From assembly GCA_016931415.1 (NCBI GenBank), contig JAFGEW010000099.1, forward strand, positions 18,522-82,521: DNA of 64,000 bases. Direction: 5' to 3'. The DNA is from Verrucomicrobiota bacterium. GTDB taxonomy: Bacteria; Auribacterota; JABMQX01; JAFGEW01. A model generated the notes under the pieces. The model searched no databases and had not been told where the DNA came from. It worked only from the letters and a program-made list of their open reading frames with translations. Position 1 is the stretch's first letter, and each line of letters opens with the position of its first letter. The position numbers and the translations under genes are program-made. Positions 56,467 through 64,000 of this stretch are shown here, one piece after another.

Positions 56467-58353
56467 GTGCGGTTCGGCCGGGCGCTCCAGGAGGTCCCGT
56501 TGGCCTGTGTGCAGACAACTGGCCGCCGATTCGTCGGGCTATGGTATGCCGTCCGGCTCGTGGCCGGGGTGGGATGGCGTTCCCGTCTCACGCGGGCCGT
56601 CATTTTGCTGGGCATCCCCCTCGTGCTGCTGGTGTATGCCGCCGCCTGGGGCGCGGAGTCTGACCGTTACCGCGTATCCTTCGAGGGGATCCCCGACAAG
56701 TCGTTGCGTCGGGCGTTGGAGGCCGCCTCCGATTGTGTTCAACTCCGCAAACGCGCGCCCGTCGCGCCCCGCGCACTGCGCCTGCGCGCCGAGCGCGATC
56801 GTGTCGGGCTGCTGCAGGTCATGCAGGCGAACGGCTACTACGACGCGACGATCACCTTCGATCTTGATGTGGACGCGACGCCCGTCCGCCTCGTCTTCCA
56901 CGTCGAGGCGCGATTGCCCTGCCTCCTGGCGGCCGTTGCTATCCACGGCCCGGACGGACAGCCGGTCGGGCCGGGCAGTCTCTCCGATATCGGCCTCGCT
57001 CTGGGCGAGCGCGCCACGGCTGGCGGCGTCATCGCCTCGCAACGCAGACTGCTCGAGTGGTTCGGTCGGCGCGGCTATCCGTTCCCTGAAGTGACCGATC
57101 GGCGCGTCGTCGTTGATCGCGCCGCGCACACGATGGCCGTAACGTTCGTCGTCGACCCCGGCCCGACGGCCACTTTCGGCACGTTGACGATCACGGGCCT
57201 TGTCCACGTCGACGAGCGCGTCGTGCGCATGGAACTCCCCTGGCGCACGGGCGACGCGTTCAACGGGGACCTGCTTGGCCAGTTCCGGGCGCGGCTGGTC
57301 GCTACCGGCCAGTTCTCCCTCATCCAGGTTTCCACGAGCGAAGCGGTGGACGAGCGCGGCCAGGTGGGCGTCCAGGTTCGTCTCGCTGAGCGCAAGCCGC
57401 GGACGGCCGCCGTCGGGCTAAGCTACAGGACCGACGAGGGGTTCGGCACTACGCTCTCGTGGCAGCATCGCAACCTGCTGGGTCACGCCGAGCGGTTCAG
57501 CTTCTCGGCTGCATTCTCCGGGATCGTCAGCGCCCTTGATGCCGAGTTCCGCAAGCCGCACTTCCGCGGGCGCAGGAAGACGCTGATTCTCGACGTGCGC
57601 GTGGCCGAAGAGAAACCCGATGCCTACACGAGCCGCAGCGTCGGTGCCTCGGCTCTCGTTAAGCGTCATCTCACGCCCAGCCTCGACGTGGGTGCGGGCC
57701 TCGCCTACAAGTACAGCGAAGTCACACAAGGCGGAGAGAAGAACGTATTCAGCCTGATCTCCGTGCCGGGGACGCTCGACTGGGACACGAGCGATGACTG
57801 GCTCTCGCCGAGCCGGGGTGGGCGGCTTGGCGCGCAGATCACCCCGTTCTACGATGTGCGCTCCCCCGGCTTCGGCTTCGTGAAGGGCCGCCTTCAGTAC
57901 TCGCGCTACGTCCCGCTCTCTCGCGGACCGAACCTCGTGCTCGCCGGACGTGTCGCGCTGGGCTCGATCGTGGGCGCGGAACACGACAGCATCCCGGCCG
58001 ACGAGCGGTTCTATGCCGGGGGCGGGGGCTCGATCCGCGGCTATGCCTACCAGACCGTGTCGCCCCTCGATGGGACAGACCCCATCGGTGGCAAGTCGCT
58101 GTTCGAGCTGTCGCTCGAGTTGCGCATTCAGCTTTCAGACGCGGTTGGCCTCGTGCCCTTCATCGACGGAGGGAACGCGTTCGTCGACTCGGCGCCCGAT
58201 CCCGGCGGCGATTTGCTCTGGGGCGCCGGGATCGGCCTGCGCTACGCGACGCCGATCGGTCCGATCCGTTTCGATGTCGGGTTCCCGCTCGACAGGCGCG
58301 ACGGGATGGACGACAGCTTCCAGATCTACGTGAGCCTTGGGCAATCGTTCTGA
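56467..58353 (+). CDS. tamA: Translocation and assembly module outer-membrane subunit
   Basis: POTRA-like GYY/GYP segments, RFYAGGGGSIRGY, TPIGPIRFD, C-terminal GQSF; true start may be further downstream. Confidence 0.88.
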   Translation: MRFGRALQEVPLACVQTTGRRFVGLWYAVRLVAGVGWRSRLTRAVILLGIPLVLLVYAAAWGAESDRYRVSFEGIPDKSLRRALEAASDCVQLRKRAPVAPRALRLRAERDRVGLLQVMQANGYYDATITFDLDVDATPVRLVFHVEARLPCLLAAVAIHGPDGQPVGPGSLSDIGLALGERATAGGVIASQRRLLEWFGRRGYPFPEVTDRRVVVDRAAHTMAVTFVVDPGPTATFGTLTITGLVHVDERVVRMELPWRTGDAFNGDLLGQFRARLVATGQFSLIQVSTSEAVDERGQVGVQVRLAERKPRTAAVGLSYRTDEGFGTTLSWQHRNLLGHAERFSFSAAFSGIVSALDAEFRKPHFRGRRKTLILDVRVAEEKPDAYTSRSVGASALVKRHLTPSLDVGAGLAYKYSEVTQGGEKNVFSLISVPGTLDWDTSDDWLSPSRGGRLGAQITPFYDVRSPGFGFVKGRLQYSRYVPLSRGPNLVLAGRVALGSIVGAEHDSIPADERFYAGGGGSIRGYAYQTVSPLDGTDPIGGKSLFELSLELRIQLSDAVGLVPFIDGGNAFVDSAPDPGGDLLWGAGIGLRYATPIGPIRFDVGFPLDRRDGMDDSFQIYVSLGQSF

Positions 58354-58357
58354 AGCC

Positions 58358-61300
58358 ATGATCAAGACGCAACACAGGATTCGGCGGTGGATCAAGAGGG
58401 TGGCGGTCGCCCTCGGCATCGTCGTGTTGCTCGTTGCCGTGCTGTTCCTTGTCGTCCAGACACCCTGGGCCAAGCGGCGCATTGCCTCGGCCGTGGAGCG
58501 CGCCCTGGGTGACCTGACCGGCTCGCAAGTCCGGATCAAGTCGCTCCGTGGGACCGTGCCGTACTCGATCAGGTTGAACGACGTGAGCTTCACGGATGAG
58601 AAGGGAACCTGGCTTCACGTCGCGGACCTCGGTGTTCGGTGGGCGCCGCTCGCGCTTGTTCGCGGGCGCATCCACATCTACGAGGTCACGAGTTCGGCCG
58701 TCACCCTCGAGCGCGTCCCGCCGATGCCCCCGAGACCGCCGCAACCGCCGCAGCCTTGGCGTGAGCAGATCCCCTCGCTTGTCGTTGAGCGTCTCGCGAT
58801 CGACGACCTCACGCTTGGTCCCGCGCTCGTCGGGAAGCGCGAGCACTTCCGAGTCGCGGGTGTCGTGTCGGCCGGGCGTCCGTTCGAATCCGCCTCAACG
58901 ACCTGGCGTGTTGAGCGCACGGACGACCCGAGCGCCCGCGCGGATGTCTCCGCCGCGCTAAGCGGCGAGTCGCCCTCGCTCTCGCTCGACCTTGTCGTCA
59001 ACGAGCCTGACGGTGCCGTGCTCCGCCGTCTTGCCGGGCTGCGCGACGCCGGCGCCGTAACCGTCTCGCTCCACGGTGAGGGACTGCTCACGGCGTGGAA
59101 CGCGACGCTGGACGCAACGGCGGCAGGTCTCGGAGAGGCAATCGCCCAGCTCGAAGTTGAGCTTGGGCCCGGCTCGATCGATCTGAAGCAGTCGAACCCG
59201 CGGGTGCGCGGCAGCGTACGTGCCAACACGCGCTTCAAGGACCAGGCAGTGCACGCGACGTCCACCTTCGCACTCGACGGCGGCCGTGTCGCTCTTTCCT
59301 CCATCGCCGTCGAGGGCGCCGGTAACCGGATCACCGGCGATCTCGCCCTCGACCTGGCGAGCGGCCTTCTCGATGGCGAGTTGGACGGCGCCGCCGTGAG
59401 TCTGGACTGCCTGACATCGATCTGGACCGAGCCGTTGAGCGGCAGCGCCACGTTGCACGCAACCCTGAGCCGCGCAGACAACGTTCAGACGGTCGATCTC
59501 GATGCCCATGTGCGCAGCTTCGACGGCCGGTTCGGACAGTGCAAGGACGCCACGATCCAGGCGCAGTTGACCGGTCCCTTCAACGCACCCCACGGCACGG
59601 CCCGGCTGCGCGCGAGCGGCTATGTACTCGACGACCTCGAGATCGCCACGCTCGAGATCGAGACAGAAGGCGATCGCCATTCGTTGACTGTTACGGCGCG
59701 CTCGACGGGCAACTACCGCGACCCGTTCAGCGTCGACACGACCGCCCTCGTGCGCGTCGGCGGCGTGATCGAGCTGCGCGCGCTGGAAGGCGTCTACGCG
59801 GCAGTCCCCGTACGCCTCGAGCGCCCCGCAACGATCGTGATCGCACCGAACAAGGTCGCCGTAAGCGAGTTGGAGCTTGGTGTCGGCGACGGCCGCGTCG
59901 GCGTTTCGGGCACCCTCATCGGCGAGGAACTCTCCGGGCTGATCGAAGTCTCGCGGCTTCCGCTTCAGCTCCTGCGGCCCGTGGGCATGCCGGACGTCGA
60001 TGGGCTCGCCTCTGGCCGCGTCCAACTCGCCGGCTCAGCGGCCGCAGCGCGCATCGAGGCCGCCGTCGCGGTCGAGGACCTGAGATGGCTCGACCCGGTA
60101 TATGCCGGGCTTCCGCACGCGGTGTTGTCGGCCAACGCGCAGTTCGACGCCGGGCAACTGAACGGCACGCTGTCGCTCGATCAGAGCGGGGGAGACGGCA
60201 CCTTGACGACGACCTTCCGTGTCCCGATGGCGCTCTCGCTCTCGCCCGCTGCGCTCTCGCTGTCGCGCGACGAGCCGCTCGAGGTCACGCTGACCGGTGG
60301 TGTGCCGATCGCCCCGTTCAGCGCGCTTGTCCTGCCCGAAGGGCGTGAAGCGGAAGGCCGTCTCACCGCCACATTCGACCTCGGCGGCACCATCGACTCG
60401 CCCGAACTGAGCGGGCGAGTCGCCCTCGACGCCGGTGTGCATACGGACGCCGCCCCCGCGACGAGCGTTTCCGCTCTTGCTGCGGCCGTTGAGGTCGAGC
60501 TCAAGCAAGGCGTGCTCTCAGTGACGCAGCTTTCCGCCAAGTCGGGCAGCACCGAGATCGCCGGCCATGCCACGGTACACCTTGCCCCTCGACCGTGGAG
60601 TGTGACGCCGAGCGGCCCGTTCGATGGCGCGCTCACCGTGCAGGCCGATCTCGCCGCCCTCGGCGCGCTCATGCTCCCCGAGGGTGAACAGGTCGAAGGC
60701 CGCGTGCTGCTCAGCGTCAGCGGGTCCGGCACGACCGACGCGCCCGTGTTCGATGGCTCCTGCCGCCTCGAAGCCGTCTCGTACAACATGAAGGGCACGG
60801 GCAGCCTTGTGAAGGATCTCGACGCGGGCGCTGTGTTCGCGCTGCGCGACGGCACGCTCACCATCGCCGACTTCTCGGCCACGAGCGCATCGGGCTCGGC
60901 GTCCGGCAACGTCAGGATCGGCGCCAGGCCGTGGCCGTGGCAGCTCGCGCCCCAACGTCTGCTCGAGGGCAAGCTCCTCGCCGACGTGCGCCTCCACGAG
61001 GCGCTGAGCACGCTGCTCTCCGACGACCAGCGGCTGGCCGGCCGCTTCGAGGCCGATCTCGTCGTCACCGGCACGAGCGATCAGCCGGCTGTCAGCGGCT
61101 GGCTGCGTGTGAGGGACGGCGCGTTCGACAACCTGCGTACGGGCACCACGCTGCGCGACATCACCGCCGACGTCAAGGCGAGTGGGTCCGAACTCACGCT
61201 CACGCACCTCGAGGCGAGCGACGGACACGAGGGCACGATCACCGGCAGCGGTCGGCTCGACGTCGACGCCGGCAAGCAGTTCCCGTTTGAGCTCGCTGTG

Positions 61301-62248
61301 GTGCTCACCGACGCCGCGGTTGTCAACGCCGATTACATCACCGGCTCCGTCGGCGGCAACGTGACGCTCTCCGGGTCCGTGGAACGGATGAGGCTTGCAG
61401 GCGAGGTCACGACCGGTTCGGTCGACGTGCAGTTGCCCGAGCGCGTCGTGCCGGCGCTCGCGGAACTGAACGTCATCGAGATCAACGCGCCTGGCGGTGC
61501 CGCACCGCCGCAGCCGTTGCGCCCGCCGACGCAGCCCATCGGTCTGGATCTCGACGTGCGGCTGCCGAAGCGCGTATTCGTCCGCGGCCACGGCCTGGAT
61601 TCGGAATGGGAAGGCAGAATCAGCATCACCGGTGACTCTGAGAATCCCATCATCACAGGGAGGCTGATGCTCACGCGTGGTCGCTTCGATCTCATTGACC
61701 GGAGTTTTGTACTGACCGAAGGCTCGATCTTCTTCAGCGGCGAGTCGCCGCCCGTGCCCGTGCTTACCATCAGGGCCGAGACTGCTGCGGGCGGCATGAC
61801 GGCCGTTATCATGCTCTCCGGCCCGGTGACAGCTCCGACGCTCACGCTCAGCTCGGTTCCTGCGCTGCCCTCCGACGAGGTGCTGGCTCGCGTATTCTTC
61901 GGCAACAGCGTGACCAGCCTCACGCCGTACCAGGCGCTGCGCCTCGCCCAGATTGCCGATGCACTCGCCCGCGGCGGCGACGGCTTCTCCCTTCTCGGTC
62001 GCGCCCGCGCGATCATGAAGGTGGACCGCCTCGAACTGACCGAGGGCGACGCATCGGGCAACGGCGCGTCCATCAGCGCGGGCAAGTACCTCAGCGACGA
62101 TCTCTACATCGAAGTGAAGAAGGGCGTCTCGGACAGCGCAACGTCTGTTTCCATCGAAAAACAGGTCAACCGGCATCTCTCCGTCGAAAGCGACATCGGC
62201 ACCAACCGCGCACCCGGCATCGGCCTCAAACTGCGTTGGGACTACTGA
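58358..62248 (+). CDS. tamB: Translocation and assembly module inner-membrane subunit
   Basis: N-terminal anchor, beta-rich body, C-terminal VRGHGLDSE, LPSDEVLA, GKYLSD; follows tamA. Confidence 0.88.
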   Translation: MIKTQHRIRRWIKRVAVALGIVVLLVAVLFLVVQTPWAKRRIASAVERALGDLTGSQVRIKSLRGTVPYSIRLNDVSFTDEKGTWLHVADLGVRWAPLALVRGRIHIYEVTSSAVTLERVPPMPPRPPQPPQPWREQIPSLVVERLAIDDLTLGPALVGKREHFRVAGVVSAGRPFESASTTWRVERTDDPSARADVSAALSGESPSLSLDLVVNEPDGAVLRRLAGLRDAGAVTVSLHGEGLLTAWNATLDATAAGLGEAIAQLEVELGPGSIDLKQSNPRVRGSVRANTRFKDQAVHATSTFALDGGRVALSSIAVEGAGNRITGDLALDLASGLLDGELDGAAVSLDCLTSIWTEPLSGSATLHATLSRADNVQTVDLDAHVRSFDGRFGQCKDATIQAQLTGPFNAPHGTARLRASGYVLDDLEIATLEIETEGDRHSLTVTARSTGNYRDPFSVDTTALVRVGGVIELRALEGVYAAVPVRLERPATIVIAPNKVAVSELELGVGDGRVGVSGTLIGEELSGLIEVSRLPLQLLRPVGMPDVDGLASGRVQLAGSAAAARIEAAVAVEDLRWLDPVYAGLPHAVLSANAQFDAGQLNGTLSLDQSGGDGTLTTTFRVPMALSLSPAALSLSRDEPLEVTLTGGVPIAPFSALVLPEGREAEGRLTATFDLGGTIDSPELSGRVALDAGVHTDAAPATSVSALAAAVEVELKQGVLSVTQLSAKSGSTEIAGHATVHLAPRPWSVTPSGPFDGALTVQADLAALGALMLPEGEQVEGRVLLSVSGSGTTDAPVFDGSCRLEAVSYNMKGTGSLVKDLDAGAVFALRDGTLTIADFSATSASGSASGNVRIGARPWPWQLAPQRLLEGKLLADVRLHEALSTLLSDDQRLAGRFEADLVVTGTSDQPAVSGWLRVRDGAFDNLRTGTTLRDITADVKASGSELTLTHLEASDGHEGTITGSGRLDVDAGKQFPFELAVVLTDAAVVNADYITGSVGGNVTLSGSVERMRLAGEVTTGSVDVQLPERVVPALAELNVIEINAPGGAAPPQPLRPPTQPIGLDLDVRLPKRVFVRGHGLDSEWEGRISITGDSENPIITGRLMLTRGRFDLIDRSFVLTEGSIFFSGESPPVPVLTIRAETAAGGMTAVIMLSGPVTAPTLTLSSVPALPSDEVLARVFFGNSVTSLTPYQALRLAQIADALARGGDGFSLLGRARAIMKVDRLELTEGDASGNGASISAGKYLSDDLYIEVKKGVSDSATSVSIEKQVNRHLSVESDIGTNRAPGIGLKLRWDY

Positions 62249-62344
62249 GGCCGGACCCGAGCCGTGACGGTTTTCCGCCTGTGAGACCAAGTGCCTGCCG
62301 AGAGGACGAGGACGACGATCGGAGCATGTCAGGAGGGGAAGAAA

Positions 62345-62422
62345 TGGCGGGAGCGACGGGACTCGAACCCGCAACACCCAGATCGACAGTCTGGTACTCT
62401 AACCAAGTTGAGCTACGCCCCC
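62345..62422 (-). tRNA. tRNA-Asp (anticodon GTC)
   Basis: Minus strand GGGGGCG..CGCTCCC-G-CCA; anticodon arm CCAGA-CTGTCGA-TCTGG; GTTCGAG T-loop. Confidence 0.96.
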
Positions 62423-62474
62423 GCTGTGGGCGCAACGGCCAGCCGGGCAAGCCCAACTGACCATTGGAGCGCGT

Positions 62475-62503
62475 TATATACCACCGGAGCACCCGCCGTG
62501 CAA
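62475..62503 (-). promoter_or_regulatory. Sigma70-type promoter of tRNA-Asp
   Basis: Minus strand TTGCAC-N17-TATATA followed by a GC-rich discriminator-like stretch. Confidence 0.6.
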
Positions 62504-62605
62504 GCACTTTCTGGGCCCCGGCTACCCCAAAGACAGCCTCCGGCCCGGACACCCCAGGCCCCGGCAGGCACCCCCGGTCCGGTCGGGACCGTCCAGGACC
62601 CCGGC

Positions 62606-64000
62606 CTAGAACTCCTCCTCGTTCGGGATGTCGTCCGGACCCTCGTCCTCGTCGGAATCGTCGTCGGGGATTCTGAAGTCGGCCGCCAGGTCGTACTGGT
62701 TTGAGGCGTTCTGTGCCCGCTCGGCCAGCTTCGGGTCCAGATCGACAGCCTTGCGAAGGTCTCGGATCGCTTCCGTGTCTTCGCCCATCTCGGCTCGCAA
62801 CGTGCCGCGCTTGAAGTAGGCCCAGGCATAGTTAGCGTTGCATTCGATCGCCTTGTCCAGATCGGCAATGGCTCCCTCGCACTCGCCCTCCTGCTCGAGG
62901 AAGAGGGCTCGGTACGCATAGGCCAAGGCACTTCGGGGACTCAGCTCGATGGCCCTATTGAGGTCCTCCAGCGCCTTCTCCGGCTTGCCATGCGTGGCGT
63001 AGTAGTTCCCACGAACGACGCACGAATCGGAAGATGCCGGATTGAGCTCGATCGCCTTGTTCAGGTCGCGGATGGCCCTGGCCCGTCTGAGCACCGAATC
63101 GCTTCCCTGCAGAAGAGCGCACCCGCGCCAGTGGTGGGCTCTGAAGCATTCGGGATCTATCTCGATGGCTCTCGAGAAGTACTCTACGGCTTCCTTGTCT
63201 TCGCCCAGTTGCCCAAACGTGCAACCGACGATCACCAGCATCGTGGCGTTGTCAGGCGACAGCTCCAACCCTTTTGCGCAATCGGACAGCGCCTTCTCGC
63301 GTTGGCCGAGCGAGGCCAACGCATAGGCGCGGTCCGCGTACGCCGCGCCGTTGTCCGGGTCAAGCTGGATCACGGCTGTGTGTTCCTCGACTGCCTTCTC
63401 GTACTCGCGCGCTCGCACAAGGTACTCCGCCCGACGCGCGCGGATGTACAGGTCTTCAGGCCCGATCTCGAGCGCCCTCTTCAAATCGCGTTCCGCCTCG
63501 GACGTCTTGCCGAGTGAGTGGAGGAGTTGAGCGCGGTTGATGTGCGCGGACGCATACTCTGGATTCATCTCGATCGCGCGTCCGTAGTCGTCAACTGCCT
63601 GCTCGACGTCGCCGGCAAGCCACCGGGCGCCGGCGATGAGGTTCCATGCCTCGGCGCACTCAGGGTTCAGCTCGAGTGCCTTCTCGCCGTCCGCCACGGC
63701 AGCATCGAACTGTCTTAGGTCCATCTCGGCGGCGCCTCGCACGCGGTATGTCTCCGCACTCGCCGCATCCAGCTCGACCGCCTTGGCCGCGTACTGCAGT
63801 GTCCTCGCGTGATGCCACAGCTCAAACTCCGCCTCGGCGCGGCCGAGGTACGCGGCGGCGCGCAACCCGTCGACGTCGAGCACGCGGATGCGCCGATGCA
63901 GCTTGAGCGCGTTCGCCTCGTCCGCCACGACGAAGAACCCGTCGGCCTTCTTGTAGGCCGCCTCGAAATCGAACGGCTCCGACACCGCGGGGTCGTACGC
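62606..64000 (-). CDS. Tetratricopeptide repeat protein, probably 5'-truncated
   Basis: Roughly ten A..D..KA.EL.P repeats and an acidic tail; the frame is open to the window edge. Confidence 0.88.
   Translation of the reverse strand, partial: AYDPAVSEPFDFEAAYKKADGFFVVADEANALKLHRRIRVLDVDGLRAAAYLGRAEAEFELWHHARTLQYAAKAVELDAASAETYRVRGAAEMDLRQFDAAVADGEKALELNPECAEAWNLIAGARWLAGDVEQAVDDYGRAIEMNPEYASAHINRAQLLHSLGKTSEAERDLKRALEIGPEDLYIRARRAEYLVRAREYEKAVEEHTAVIQLDPDNGAAYADRAYALASLGQREKALSDCAKGLELSPDNATMLVIVGCTFGQLGEDKEAVEYFSRAIEIDPECFRAHHWRGCALLQGSDSVLRRARAIRDLNKAIELNPASSDSCVVRGNYYATHGKPEKALEDLNRAIELSPRSALAYAYRALFLEQEGECEGAIADLDKAIECNANYAWAYFKRGTLRAEMGEDTEAIRDLRKAVDLDPKLAERAQNASNQYDLAADFRIPDDDSDEDEGPDDIPNEEEF

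Noticed and set aside
62510-62605. CCCCGG-like short repeats next to the tRNA-Asp promoter
   Set aside because: Irregular low-complexity GC tract with no constant repeat-spacer period, so not a CRISPR array

Overview
GC-rich chromosomal segment from a diderm, probably anaerobic bacterium (TamAB, OprO/P-like porin, TolC-family factor). No integrase, transposase, phage gene, rRNA or CRISPR array was seen. In order it holds: tadA, thrB-thrC, tRNA-Ser(CGA); a group 3d NAD-linked [NiFe]-hydrogenase operon (hoxFUYH, maturation protease, two receiver proteins); a Phe/Tyr leader-peptide attenuator ahead of a GNAT gene and DAHP synthase; a GTAG-type REP-like palindrome; cobO and a PHP-type metallohydrolase; a DnaA-box cluster around purM; two YD-repeat-like lipoproteins; a degenerate GxxExxY protein; dinB, trpD, yjbQ and a histidine kinase; a 9.7 kb hdr/mvh operon; a Cus-type Cu/Ag efflux operon; a complete pho/pst locus with readable Pho boxes; an uncharacterised four-gene DUF6754-like membrane module; corA, tamAB, tRNA-Asp(GTC) and a TPR gene. 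The strongest candidate for an undescribed system is the operon hdrC-hdrB-hdrA(N-half)-hydC-like-hydB-like-[hydA/nuoG Fe-S domain fused to hdrA(C-half)]-mvhD-mvhG-mvhA, in which a HydABC-type NADH module sits inside the ferredoxin loop of a split HdrA. All family calls are from motif recognition by eye, not database searches, so novelty claims need checking.
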